A stretch of 57,632 nucleotides of DNA. Source: an uncultured Zetaproteobacteria bacterium. Lineage in GTDB: Bacteria; Pseudomonadota; Zetaproteobacteria; Mariprofundales; Mariprofundaceae. Where the stretch lies: positions 1-57,632 of the forward strand of contig CAYUBK010000001.1 in assembly GCA_964442955.1 (NCBI GenBank), in the 5' to 3' direction. The notes beneath the pieces were generated by a model, which was not told the origin of the DNA, did not search any database, and was given only the letters and a program-made list of their open reading frames with translations. This document shows, piece by piece, positions 8,237 through 17,819 of the stretch (within the stretch, counting starts at the first letter, position 1; each line of letters starts with the position of its first letter). A program made the translations under genes and the position numbers.

Positions 8237-9818
8237 GATTCCTCCGGCGCAGGAACTGCATCAGCAGCTTGCGTTCTCCCAACAGTATAGCAGAAAGGAA
8301 AAATACGGCGATGGCACCTCCAATGGCGGCCGCAATCCAGGCGAACTGCATGGCTCCATTGGCGGGAAAAGCCCAGAGCATGCTAAAGCCGTATAAGCAG
8401 CCCAGCATCAGCAGGCTGGCGAGAACTGCGGTCAGTAATCGCTTGATGATATCCGGGGTAAATAGCGAGCCGTAGGTTTTGGTCAAGCGAACATAAAGCA
8501 GTCCGACATTCACAAATGCCGCCAGCGAGGTGGCCAGCGCCAGACCGACATAGGCCCAGAATTGCATCAGAATAACAGCCAGCACGATATTCACCGCCAC
8601 GCTGATGGCGGCATAGCGCATCGGCGCTTTGGCATCTTTGCCAGCATAGCAGGCGGAGGCGAGCAGCTTTGCCCAACAGAAGGCAATCAGGCCGACGGCA
8701 TAGGCTTGGAGCGTTTGCGCTGTCGCCACGGAATCGGCATGGGAGAATGCGCCGCGCTCAAACAGAGTGACGACAATCGGTTCGGCCAGATACAAGGCGC
8801 CGACTACGGCGGGCAGGGTAATCCAGGTCAGCCAGGCGAGCCCGGCGCGCAAATCGTCCGCAGCCTGTTGCCGATGGCCTTTGGATAAATGGCTGGATAA
8901 GGTGGGTAATAACGCCGTACTCATGGCGATACCGAACAGGGCCAGCGGCAATTGCACGATGCGGTCAGAGTAATAGAGATAGGAGACTGCGCCGGTATCG
9001 AGCAATGTGGCCAGAATGGTGCCAATCAGAATATTGATTTGCACCGCCGCAATGGCCAGCACCGCCGGGCCGAACAGGGTGAATGTTTCGCGAATGGCGG
9101 CTTGGCGGAAATCGAAACTGATGCGCGGAATCCAGCCGATGCGTTTTAAGGCGGGGAATTGAATCGCCAGTTGTAAAAAACCGCCGAGTAATACGCCGAT
9201 GGTCAGCGCGATGGCCGGATTATCAAACGATGGTGCCAGTGCTACGGCGGCGAAGATGATGGCAACATTGAGTAGTGCCGGGCTGGCGGCGGGAACGGCG
9301 AAATGTTTATAGGTGTTGAGCACAGCCCACGACAGCGCGGCCAGTGAAATCATAGCCAGATAAGGGAACATCCAGCGCGCCAGTTCCAGCGCCATGGCCC
9401 AGCGATCCGGTTCGTCGGCGAAGCCGGGGGCGAAGATGTATAGCAGCCACGGCATCAATACCATGCCGAGCACGGTGAATAGCGTTAATACAATCAGCAG
9501 CAGGGTGGCCAGTGCATTGAGGAATCGATGCGCCTCCGCCTCACCTTTTTCACGTTCATCGGACAATACCGGCACCAGCGCCACCGTCAGTGTGCCTTCG
9601 GCGAACATGCGGCGGAAGAAATTGGGCAGCTTAAAAGCGACAAAAAAGGCATCGGCCAGCATGCCGGCCCCGAGCACGCGGGCCAGCAGAATATCGCGAA
9701 CAAAACCAAGAATACGCGATAGCATCGTCCAGCCACCCACCTTGGAGGCGGCGCGCAACAGACCGGAAACTTGTGGCTCCGGCGTTTGCGCGTTTGACTT
9801 GTCTTGTTCGGTGGTCAT
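8226..9818 (-). CDS. murJ: Lipid II flippase MurJ (MviN)
   Basis: SRILGFVRD, AFKLPNFFRRMFAEG, YYSDRIVQLP; many TM helices; start trimmed to ATG 9818. Confidence 0.95.
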   Translation of the reverse strand: MTTEQDKSNAQTPEPQVSGLLRAASKVGGWTMLSRILGFVRDILLARVLGAGMLADAFFVAFKLPNFFRRMFAEGTLTVALVPVLSDEREKGEAEAHRFLNALATLLLIVLTLFTVLGMVLMPWLLYIFAPGFADEPDRWAMALELARWMFPYLAMISLAALSWAVLNTYKHFAVPAASPALLNVAIIFAAVALAPSFDNPAIALTIGVLLGGFLQLAIQFPALKRIGWIPRISFDFRQAAIRETFTLFGPAVLAIAAVQINILIGTILATLLDTGAVSYLYYSDRIVQLPLALFGIAMSTALLPTLSSHLSKGHRQQAADDLRAGLAWLTWITLPAVVGALYLAEPIVVTLFERGAFSHADSVATAQTLQAYAVGLIAFCWAKLLASACYAGKDAKAPMRYAAISVAVNIVLAVILMQFWAYVGLALATSLAAFVNVGLLYVRLTKTYGSLFTPDIIKRLLTAVLASLLMLGCLYGFSMLWAFPANGAMQFAWIAAAIGGAIAVFFLSAILLGERKLLMQFLRRRNHAS

Positions 9819-9960
9819 AATTCGCCGCCCTTTTCTTCTGACCGTAAAGGTCGGCTGCGAGCCTAGCGCCGCAGCGGCGTGAAACAAACAATGCACATGT
9901 TTTTTCCGCACGAAGATGGGACAAGTTTATTGGCCAGGCCAAAGGTGGTGATGTTTTAAT

Positions 9961-10176
9961 ATGCCAGGAATTAGAGTTAATCCTGAAGAGCCGTTTGAAA
10001 TTGCGCTGAAGCGTTTTCGCAAGCAGGTCGAGAAAGGTGGTGTGATTTCCGAATGCCGCCGTCGCGAAGCTTATGAAAAGCCTTCGATTGCATCCAAACG
10101 CAAAGAAGCCGCTGCACGCAAACGTTTGATGAAACGCCTGCGCCGCGTACGCATGCGCGAGAATCGCGATTACTAA
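9961..10176 (+). CDS. rpsU: 30S ribosomal protein S21
   Basis: [11 protein letters not shown]...YEKPS; first gene of rpsU-yqeY-dnaG-rpoD. Confidence 0.96.
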   Translation: MPGIRVNPEEPFEIALKRFRKQVEKGGVISECRRREAYEKPSIASKRKEAAARKRLMKRLRRVRMRENRDY

Positions 10177-10193
10177 GTCGCTCGACGCGTAAA

Positions 10194-10233
10194 CAACAAA
10201 AATGCCGGGCCTTTGTGCCCGGCATTTTTGTTG
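10194..10233 (+). terminator. Intrinsic terminator after rpsU
   Basis: Inverted repeat caacaaaaatgccgggc / gcccggcatttttgttg with a 6-nt loop. Confidence 0.85.
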
Positions 10234-10259
10234 ATAAAACCAATAAATTTACCCAAAGG

Positions 10260-10350
10260 CCACGAAAAAAACAAACGTCCATTTCGAACATTCATCATGC
10301 TTCTTTCTTGCAGTAACTGGTTTGATGAATTGCTTCGAGCTCTTCGTGGT
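10260..10350. repeat. Degenerate copy of CCACGAAG-type palindromic intergenic element
   Basis: ccacgaa...cttcgagctcttcgtggt, with inner pairing ttcatca/tgatgaa; the right arm matches the 36590-36663 copy. Confidence 0.6.
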
Positions 10351-10382
10351 GAATAGTTCATAATGCTCAAAGGGAGTAAGCC

Positions 10383-10820
10383 ATGCTGAAACAGTTAACC
10401 GAAGATATGAAAGCTGCCATGAAGGCGAAGGATAAAGCGCGTCTGGGTTGTATTCGCCTGATGCGTGCTACTATCAAGGACAAAGAGATTGAGCTGGGCC
10501 ATGCGTTGGATGAGGTGGAAGCGATTGCGGTGTTGTCGAAACTGGTGAAGCAACGTAACGATGCTGCATCGCAATATGCCGATGCCGGACGTGACGATTT
10601 GCAGCAGACCGAACTGGCCGAAATGGCTATTATCCAGACTTATCTGCCAGCACCTTTATCCGAGAACGAACTGGCCGCCATGGTAGACCAGGCTATCAGC
10701 GCCACCGGCGCATCCAGCATGCGCGATATGGGCAAGGTGATGGGCATGGTAAAAAGCAAGGCTGAGGGCCGTGCTGATATGGGAAAAATTTCCGGCCTCG
10801 TGAAAGCCAGACTGGGTTGA
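10383..10820 (+). CDS. GatB/YqeY domain protein
   Basis: DMKAAMKAKDKARL, YLPAPLS, DMGKVMG. Confidence 0.93.
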   Translation: MLKQLTEDMKAAMKAKDKARLGCIRLMRATIKDKEIELGHALDEVEAIAVLSKLVKQRNDAASQYADAGRDDLQQTELAEMAIIQTYLPAPLSENELAAMVDQAISATGASSMRDMGKVMGMVKSKAEGRADMGKISGLVKARLG

Positions 10821-10870
10821 ATATTCGTTACGTCTTGCATCTGCACTGCTTATGCACTACATAATCATAT

Positions 10871-12601
10871 ATGGCTCACTTTCCCCCCGCTTTTCTTGAT
10901 GAGGTCGTAGCTCGCTCCGATATCGTTGAGATTATTGCTCGCCATGTCGAACTGAAAAAGTCCGGCTCTAACCTGATGGGGTTGTGCCCTTTCCATCATG
11001 AAAAATCCCCGTCATTCTCTGTGTCGCCGGATAAACAATTATACTACTGTTTCGGTTGCGGTCAGGGCGGCGGCGCATTCCAGTTTTTGATGGAGCATGA
11101 TGGCTACTCCTTCCCTGAAGCGGTTGAATATCTGGCCGAAAAGGCGGGTCTGGAAGTGCCGCAGGATAGCGAGCGCTCCCCCGTTGATGAGGCGCGCCAG
11201 AAGCATGCTTATGACATGCTTGGTCGCGCATCCCATGCCATGAGCCGGGCGTTTGATGGCGAACACGGCGCTAAAGCGCGCGCTTACCTACAACAGCGTG
11301 GCATGCCTGCCGATATTATTCGTGATTACGGGCTGGGTTATACGCCAGCTGGCTACGGCTTTATGAATAAGGTATTCGGTACCGATGCACGTACCAATGC
11401 GCAGCTTGAAGCGGTTGGTTTGCTGTTCAAGGGTGATCATGGTTATGGCGACCGTTTCCGTGACCGGCTGATGTTCACCATTCGAGACCGGCGTGGCCGC
11501 GTGGTTGGCTTTGGTGGCCGTGTGCTGGGCGAGGGTGAGCCCAAATATCTTAATTCACCTGAAACCAGTTGGTTTCACAAATCCGATTTGCTGTACGGTT
11601 ATTCCGAGCATCGCGATAATATTCGCAAAGCCAAACAACTGGTGGTTGTGGAAGGCTATATGGATGTATTGGGCATGGCCGCCCACAGCCTGAAAATCGG
11701 GCTGGCGCCGCTGGGTACCGCCATTGGCGAAGGTCAGATTCGTGAGATTTTCCGATTGTGTGATTCGCCGGTGTTTTCATTCGACGGCGATCGGGCTGGC
11801 CGACAAGCGGCATGGCGGGCGCTGGAACGCATGATGCCGTTGCTAAAATCCGAATTGACGCCTCGCTTTCTCTATCTGCCGGAGGGAGAAGACCCGGATT
11901 CGTTGCTCAAAACCGAAGGCACGGATGCGTTTCAACATCGACTTGATAAAGACAGCAAACCGGTGCTGGAAACGTGGTTGAAGGGCTTAAAGTTACTGGC
12001 CGGTCAGGGTGCTGATGGCCGCGCCCGCATGGCCAAAAAAGCCGATGCCATGCTGACCACCATGACCGATGCCTATCTCAGGCAAGCATGGCGTCAGGAA
12101 GTCGAACATGCTACCGGGATATCATTGCAACAGGCGCGGCGGCGTCCGCCGGCAAGAACAGGTGATCAGGCTCGTCAACTGCCTGAACTCAATGCCATTG
12201 AGGAGCGTTTTATGGCAGCGCTAATGCAGCAACCGGAACGATTTCCGGGGATGCCGGATTTTGCTTCTCGCTTCTTTATTGACAATGAAAACGTTTCGCC
12301 ATTATACTCGCGCGCTTTTTCGATGAAAGCGGACGCCGAAGACGACAATACCGACATCGCGAGACAATTGGCCCAGGAATACCCTGACAGCCAAACCATG
12401 ATTTCTCGCTGGGTGAATCAGGCAACCGTTCAGGATATTGAATTCAAGAGTTTGTTATTGGATATGGAAGCCAATGATATCCGTCGGCGTATCAAGCGCG
12501 GGCTGAGTCTGGCGGAAACCATACCGGCGCAAACACGTCTGCGTGAAATAAAAAAAGAGCAGCGCATATTTACTGAACAGTTGCACGAAACAGGAGCATA
12601 A
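10871..12601 (+). CDS. dnaG: DNA primase
   Basis: [11 protein letters not shown]...CFGC zinc finger, [21 protein letters not shown] and FDGDRAG. Confidence 0.97.
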   Translation: MAHFPPAFLDEVVARSDIVEIIARHVELKKSGSNLMGLCPFHHEKSPSFSVSPDKQLYYCFGCGQGGGAFQFLMEHDGYSFPEAVEYLAEKAGLEVPQDSERSPVDEARQKHAYDMLGRASHAMSRAFDGEHGAKARAYLQQRGMPADIIRDYGLGYTPAGYGFMNKVFGTDARTNAQLEAVGLLFKGDHGYGDRFRDRLMFTIRDRRGRVVGFGGRVLGEGEPKYLNSPETSWFHKSDLLYGYSEHRDNIRKAKQLVVVEGYMDVLGMAAHSLKIGLAPLGTAIGEGQIREIFRLCDSPVFSFDGDRAGRQAAWRALERMMPLLKSELTPRFLYLPEGEDPDSLLKTEGTDAFQHRLDKDSKPVLETWLKGLKLLAGQGADGRARMAKKADAMLTTMTDAYLRQAWRQEVEHATGISLQQARRRPPARTGDQARQLPELNAIEERFMAALMQQPERFPGMPDFASRFFIDNENVSPLYSRAFSMKADAEDDNTDIARQLAQEYPDSQTMISRWVNQATVQDIEFKSLLLDMEANDIRRRIKRGLSLAETIPAQTRLREIKKEQRIFTEQLHETGA

Positions 12602-12605
12602 CCGT

Positions 12606-14591
12606 ATGTCCGAAAACAGTCAGGAACAGATTTCCATTCGCGAACTCGGCACCTTAATGGCCAAAGGCAAGCAGGCCGGCTTTATCACCTATGATGAGCT
12701 GAATAAGCATTTACCCGGCGGGCTGGTTTCCGCCGATCGCGTCGAACAGCTTATCAATGTCTTCACCGAAATGGGTGTGGAGGTTGTTGATCCGGAACGT
12801 GCACCAACCGGCGCTTATGCTATGCGCAAGGATCGTTTGCGTAAGGAGGATTCCGCCCTGCGCGCCGATACTTCACAACTCGGTACGGTCGTTCGCATTG
12901 ATGATCCGGTGCGTATGTATTTGCGCGAAATGGGTACGGTTGAGCTGCTCACCCGCGAAGGCGAGATTGAAATTGCCCGCCGTATTGAAGAGGGGCGCAT
13001 GCAGGTGCATGAAGCCATTTGTTTGTGCCCGTCCACCTTCCGCGAAATCATGCTGCTGGGCGAGCGCATTATCGAAATCCGTGATGAAGCGCTGGAAAAC
13101 GAAGAAGAACCAAACTTCCGCGATATTATCGATGTGGATGAAAAGGTCATCAACGCCGCTGCGATCAAGGAATACGAAAATCGCATGAGTCGCAGTGAAG
13201 ACGGCGACGATGAACCCGACGAAGCCGAAACCAAACTGGATGGCGAGCAATTAACTGCCGCGATCAAGGCACGTACGGCGACGCCGGATGGCACACCAAT
13301 GCTGGAAACAGTCATCACCAAGGAAGAGCAACTGGAAGAGGCGCTGAGTCATTTCGCCAATGCCAAAGCCTATCATGACAAATTTCTCGCCGTGAAGAAA
13401 CAACTCGCCAAGCGTCCGAATGACATCAAACTACAGGCAAAAAATCGTGAGCATCTCGATGGCATGCTGATGGAACTGGTTAGCATTCCGTTTTCGCCGC
13501 GCCAGCTTGATCAGTTGGTGCAACGCTTCAAGAACGCCGTGGAGCGCGTGCGCCGATTTGAACGCACCATTCGCGACTATGCGCTCAAGGCGCGTATGCC
13601 GCGTAAGTTGTTTCTGGAAACATTCCCGCCCAACGAAACCAATGAGCGCTGGATCGATGATGCCATCAGACAAAACAGGGAAGCCGCCTGGGTAGAAAAA
13701 ATTGAAGGTGTCACTGGCAAAATCAAGGAAAATCAGCGTCGCTTAAAACGTGTTGAGCAGGAAACTGAAATGGACGTTGTCGAGCTAAAGGAAGTGGCTC
13801 GAAAACTGACCATGGGCGAAGCCAAAATGCGTCAGGCCAAGCGTGAAATGATTGAAGCCAACCTGCGTCTGGTTATTTCCATTGCCAAGAAATACACCAA
13901 TCGCGGCCTCGGATTCCTCGATCTGATTCAGGAAGGCAATATCGGCCTGATGAAGGCAGTGGAAAAATTTGAGTGGCGGCGCGGTTATAAATTTTCCACC
14001 TACGCAACATGGTGGATTCGTCAGGCTATCACGCGCTCGATTGCCGATCAGGCACGCACTATTCGTATTCCGGTACACATGATTGAAACGATCAATAAAA
14101 TGATGCGCGTGTCTCGTCAGATTGCACAGAAAATCGGCCGCGAACCAACCCCTGAAGAACTGGCTGAATACCTTGAACTGCCAGTTGAAAAGGTTGAGCA
14201 GATTCTTGAGGTAGCCAAGGAGCCGGTATCGCTCGAAACCCCGATTGGCGATGATGAAGATTCCCAACTGGGTGACTTCGTAGAAGATGATAAGGCTGAA
14301 AACCCACTGGATGCAACCGTTGGTGCAGCTTTGGCTGAAGCAACGCTGGAAGTATTGGAGAACCTGACTGATCGCGAACAGAAAGTATTAAGAATGCGTT
14401 TTGGCATCGGCATGAATACCGACCATACGCTTGAAGAGGTTGGCAAACAGTTTGGCGTGACGCGTGAGCGTATTCGTCAGATTGAAGCCAAGGCATTGCG
14501 TAAACTGCGTCACCCCTCACGTGCGCAGAAGCTGAAAACCTTCGCCGATTCACCCGATAAAGCCGTACAGGTGGAGGGGACTGCTCGCTAA
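12606..14591 (+). CDS. rpoD: RNA polymerase sigma factor RpoD
   Basis: [48 protein letters not shown]. Confidence 0.98.
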   Translation: MSENSQEQISIRELGTLMAKGKQAGFITYDELNKHLPGGLVSADRVEQLINVFTEMGVEVVDPERAPTGAYAMRKDRLRKEDSALRADTSQLGTVVRIDDPVRMYLREMGTVELLTREGEIEIARRIEEGRMQVHEAICLCPSTFREIMLLGERIIEIRDEALENEEEPNFRDIIDVDEKVINAAAIKEYENRMSRSEDGDDEPDEAETKLDGEQLTAAIKARTATPDGTPMLETVITKEEQLEEALSHFANAKAYHDKFLAVKKQLAKRPNDIKLQAKNREHLDGMLMELVSIPFSPRQLDQLVQRFKNAVERVRRFERTIRDYALKARMPRKLFLETFPPNETNERWIDDAIRQNREAAWVEKIEGVTGKIKENQRRLKRVEQETEMDVVELKEVARKLTMGEAKMRQAKREMIEANLRLVISIAKKYTNRGLGFLDLIQEGNIGLMKAVEKFEWRRGYKFSTYATWWIRQAITRSIADQARTIRIPVHMIETINKMMRVSRQIAQKIGREPTPEELAEYLELPVEKVEQILEVAKEPVSLETPIGDDEDSQLGDFVEDDKAENPLDATVGAALAEATLEVLENLTDREQKVLRMRFGIGMNTDHTLEEVGKQFGVTRERIRQIEAKALRKLRHPSRAQKLKTFADSPDKAVQVEGTAR

Positions 14592-14608
14592 TCACGTTCA
14601 GAACCAAG

Positions 14609-14646
14609 AAAAAAGGGGCTTATTCGCAGAATAGGCCCCTTTTTTT
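14609..14646. terminator. Bidirectional intrinsic terminator between rpoD and ymdB-like gene
   Basis: aaaaaaggggcttattc-gca-gaataggccccttttttt between convergent genes. Confidence 0.88.
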
Positions 14647-14675
14647 GTGTTGATGCCGTGGTATTCCCGGCAAAC

Positions 14676-15470
14676 TTAAGCTGGCGGAATATGTATGCGC
14701 TCAATCGCAGTGGTCATGCCCGTAGATGGATCGACGCTAATCAGCGTTGCAAAAATCGAGGCGCCGCGTTCCACCGCCTCAAAGCGTTGTGGCAGGCGCT
14801 GCACCATGCGTCGGAGCGCGCCCTCCACCTTCATGCCGATAATAGAGTGATAGGAACCGGTCATGCCGATATCGGACTGATAGGCCGTACCCGAAACGTG
14901 GATGATTTCATCGCAGGTCGGCACATGCGTGTGCGTACCATAGACAAACGAGGCGCGGCCATCCAGATACCAGCCCATCCCCATCTTTTCACTGGTCGCT
15001 TCAGCGTGCATATCGACCAGAATCGCATTGACGTCATCCGGAATCTCATCCATGGCCCGCTCGACGGCTGCAAACGGGCAATCCCATGAACCCATAAATA
15101 CCTGCCCGATCAGATTGATGACGGCAATTTTATAGCCAGCCGCAGTCTCCTGAACCGTCCAGCCGCGACCAGGCGCGAATGCAGAGAAATTCATCGGGCG
15201 CACATAGCGGTCATCATCTTCAATATGCTCAAGAAAATCACGCTGATCCCAGCAGTGATTGCCATTGGTCAGCACATCAACGCCGATGGCGAACATTTCA
15301 TCAGCGACTTTTTCAGTAATACCGAAGCCGTGCGCCAGATTTTCACCATTGGCTACGACAAAATCGACTTGGTGAATATCAATCAAGGTCGGCAAATGCT
15401 CTTGCAGTGCACGCCTTCCCGCTCGCCCCAGAATATCTCCGATAATTAGAATTTTCATGCTTTCGGGCAT
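14676..15470 (-). CDS. YmdB-like metallophosphoesterase (TIGR00282 type)
   Basis: GDILG, NGEN, GNH, DMHAEATSEK, GTHTHV, DIGMTG. Confidence 0.93.
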   Translation of the reverse strand: MPESMKILIIGDILGRAGRRALQEHLPTLIDIHQVDFVVANGENLAHGFGITEKVADEMFAIGVDVLTNGNHCWDQRDFLEHIEDDDRYVRPMNFSAFAPGRGWTVQETAAGYKIAVINLIGQVFMGSWDCPFAAVERAMDEIPDDVNAILVDMHAEATSEKMGMGWYLDGRASFVYGTHTHVPTCDEIIHVSGTAYQSDIGMTGSYHSIIGMKVEGALRRMVQRLPQRFEAVERGASIFATLISVDPSTGMTTAIERIHIPPA

Positions 15471-16036
15471 TCAATGACCTCTTTTTCAGTGATGATGCAA
15501 TCCAGCGGCACATCATGCCCTTCCGCAGGTATCTGCGCGACCTCCTGTCCCGAAAAAGCCAACCCGATCACCTGATCCAGTGCATGGCGATGGGTGGACA
15601 GCCAGAAGTCAAAGCAACCTTTACCCATACCCAGACGATTTCCATGGCGATCAAATGCGGTAAGCGGACACACTAATGTCGTGCTCGCCTCATCCTGCCA
15701 CGCTTTGTCGGAGGATGGCTCCAACACGCCGAACAGTCCTTTATGCCACAGGGTGTCAGGCGTGATCAACAACCATTCCATATGTTGATGATGATGTGTG
15801 ACCGGTGCGTAAAGATGGCGGTGCGATTGTTGAAGCAGGCAATCAGTAGCCACCTCGGATGCCATGGCGCGATAAAGCAGTAGCGATGTTGAGGGCGCAG
15901 GCCTGCTAGCGAGGTATGCGTTTAATTTGGCGATAATTTGCGTGGAGAACAATTGGCGATCGCTGGCAGAGAGTTGTTTCCGATAGGCAAGCGCCGCAGA
16001 TCTCAGGCTTGCTTTAGTATCTTCAGAATAATTCAT
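15455..16036 (-). CDS. ygfA: 5-formyltetrahydrofolate cyclo-ligase
   Basis: AFDRHGNRLGMGKGCFD and HDVPLDCIITE; lies downstream of 6S RNA. Confidence 0.9.
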   Translation of the reverse strand: MNYSEDTKASLRSAALAYRKQLSASDRQLFSTQIIAKLNAYLASRPAPSTSLLLYRAMASEVATDCLLQQSHRHLYAPVTHHHQHMEWLLITPDTLWHKGLFGVLEPSSDKAWQDEASTTLVCPLTAFDRHGNRLGMGKGCFDFWLSTHRHALDQVIGLAFSGQEVAQIPAEGHDVPLDCIITEKEVIECPKA

Positions 16037-16141
16037 AGATTGAATTCATACGCCTGCAATCGCAAGCTGATTTAACCACCTGATTGATTTAACCGCCGGG
16101 TTGCTCTGGGGGTGATCAAGACGCGGCATGGCCGTAAAAAA

Positions 16142-16320
16142 GGGCGCCCCCGCGCTGGCGTAATGGCAAATAGTTGTCGAACCCTCTAACAAGAGGTGGG
16201 CGCCGCACCTCGGCCTCAGGTATCCCGAAAGGGGGACGCGCATGGCCAAAGTAGGTAAGCTCCCATTCGACAAGTATCGGCTCAGGCAACATGCTGCCAT
16301 TCGATCAACGCAGGGGCGCT
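16142..16320 (-). ncRNA. ssrS: 6S RNA
   Basis: Long rod (gcgcccc/ggggcgc, aatggca/tgccatt, ttgtcgaa/ttcgacaa) with central bubble; minus-strand CCTGAGCCGATA motif; conserved zapA-ssrS-ygfA synteny. Ends approximate. Confidence 0.88.
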
Positions 16321-16598
16321 TTCGCTAAACCTTCTGCCTGTAATACTACACTGTCCAGTTTAGATATCAACCCTTCCAGGCCATCAATGTTGCCTGTACC
16401 GTTTTTTAATAACTCGCCAGCCAGATTCAAGGACACCAGCGTCAGCAACCTGTCGGAAGCGACAGATGCACCCATGCCGCGCAGTTCATCAATATGCTCC
16501 TGTACCAGGCTAGCCGCGGCCATGACCTGTCCGGGATCTTCATCGGTCAGAATCGAAAAATTACGTCCCATGAGTGTGATCTCGACTGCACTGCTCAT
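16305..16598 (-). CDS. zapA: Cell division protein ZapA
   Basis: VEITLMGRNFSI...LVSLNLA pattern; upstream of ssrS. Confidence 0.85.
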   Translation of the reverse strand: MSSAVEITLMGRNFSILTDEDPGQVMAAASLVQEHIDELRGMGASVASDRLLTLVSLNLAGELLKNGTGNIDGLEGLISKLDSVVLQAEGLAKAPLR

Positions 16599-16924
16599 GA
16601 AACTTCTTCCTGACGAACCATCAATTCATCCAGTTTTTCAATGGCGTGTTCAACTCTGGCTTTCGCCTCCATGCGGCCGTTTTGCAGGCTTTCCAACTCG
16701 CTTTCCAGTTGCTGCACCTGATCGCGACGTTTGCGTAGCTCATTTTCGGCAATGCGCACCACTTCACGCATGCGATGATTATCGGCAATCGTTTTTTCCA
16801 TATTGCGACGAATGGCGTCCAGATGTTCGGTTAATGCCTGGATTCGTTCTTCCAATGTCTGCTGAGCCTGCTGTGGGTTATTCTGCATGGATGACATTGA
16901 ATCACTTTCAACAACTTTGTTCAA
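16595..16924 (-). CDS. ZapB-like coiled-coil protein (start may be ATG 16897)
   Basis: All-helical heptad sequence; overlaps zapA start by 4 nt. Confidence 0.7.
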   Translation of the reverse strand: MNKVVESDSMSSMQNNPQQAQQTLEERIQALTEHLDAIRRNMEKTIADNHRMREVVRIAENELRKRRDQVQQLESELESLQNGRMEAKARVEHAIEKLDELMVRQEEVS

Positions 16925-16973
16925 GCGCTAAAAGAAACAGCGGCGAAATCGACATCAATGAAATTTATCGGGC

Positions 16974-17003
16974 TTGCAAGTTATTCTCTTGTTTGTGTAT
17001 GAT
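16974..17003 (+). promoter_or_regulatory. Putative sigma70 promoter for the cNMP-binding gene
   Basis: TTGCAA-N18-TATGAT, followed by GGGAGG SD. Confidence 0.5.
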
Positions 17004-17032
17004 GGGTCGTTATAAAACGATGGGAGGTTTCC

Positions 17033-17503
17033 ATGGCGATCGATTATTCATGGCTTGAAGAGAATGTTGTGAAGCGGCAACTGGCAGAGGGGGAAAAGGA
17101 GAAGCTTGGTGGGCTTCTGCTTGAAAAAAGTGTTGCTAAAAATGACCATATTCTGACTCAGGGGCAGGCTGGTGGCGTGCTGTATATCCTGCGCTCGGGG
17201 CGAGCGAACATTAACGTTGATGCCAATGGACAGAATATGCATATAGCTGCTGCCAATGAAGGGGCGTTGTTTGGCGAAATTACATTTCTGACCGGTGATG
17301 CGGCGACTGCAAATGTGATCGCAGCGGAAGATTGTACTGTATATAAACTCACCCGGGAGGATTGCTCGGAATTGATGCAGACCGCGCCCGAACTGGTCTA
17401 TGTATTCATGGCCGCGATGCTTGTGAATGCAGCAAAAGTGATTCGTTCAAGGGATGCAGATCACGCAAGTATGCTCCAATATATGGGCACATCGCATAAG
17501 TAG
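17033..17503 (+). CDS. Stand-alone cyclic-nucleotide-binding domain protein
   Basis: ILTQGQ...LYILRSG...GALFGEITFL...ATANVIA; no HTH. Confidence 0.85.
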   Translation: MAIDYSWLEENVVKRQLAEGEKEKLGGLLLEKSVAKNDHILTQGQAGGVLYILRSGRANINVDANGQNMHIAAANEGALFGEITFLTGDAATANVIAAEDCTVYKLTREDCSELMQTAPELVYVFMAAMLVNAAKVIRSRDADHASMLQYMGTSHK

Positions 17504-17546
17504 TATTCCTGATCCCCTTGGCTTGTGCGTAGGGGACAGTTTGAAG

Positions 17547-17577
17547 ATACCTGTGACATTGTCGCAGGTATTTTTTT
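17547..17577 (+). terminator. Intrinsic terminator
   Basis: atacctgtgac-att-gtcgcaggtat followed by a T run. Confidence 0.8.
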
Positions 17578-17586
17578 ATCCGGTAT

Positions 17587-17602
17587 TGGCAACCTTATTG
17601 CT
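17587..17602 (+). promoter_or_regulatory. Putative sigma54 (-24/-12) promoter
   Basis: TGGCAACCTTATTGCT; GG and GC separated by exactly 10 nt; directly after a terminator. Confidence 0.55.
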
Positions 17603-17612
17603 TCGTTAATCA

Positions 17613-17756
17613 TTGCAGGGCGATTTTGCTAAAGTATGGATGTCATTCTGCGATAGTTATCATATCAGGTGAAATGACTCTATCTCATTGGCCCGAGTGA
17701 ATATGCCTCCTTCCCCTTCCCCTTCCTGATGCATATTCCTCGGGCCTCAGTGTTTC
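17613..17756 (+). ncRNA. Candidate small RNA with C/U-rich hairpin loop
   Basis: 16-bp stem 17690-17706/17731-17746 closing CTCCTTCCCCTTCCCCTTCCTGAT; upstream gtcatt/aatgac hairpin; downstream of the sigma54-like motif. Confidence 0.4.
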
Positions 17757-17819
17757 CATATTTCGAACATCATCATAGTTACGCTTAAGCATCGCCAGTC
17801 GCCATGCTACATTGCGGGC

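Noticed and set aside
14592-14675. tRNA after rpoD
   Set aside because: Only a terminator hairpin is present, with no cloverleaf or T-loop motif.
16046-17058. ORFs 16046-16300 (-) and 16291-17058 (+)
   Set aside because: They overlap the 6S RNA or lie antisense to zapA/zapB-like genes, and show no recognisable motifs.
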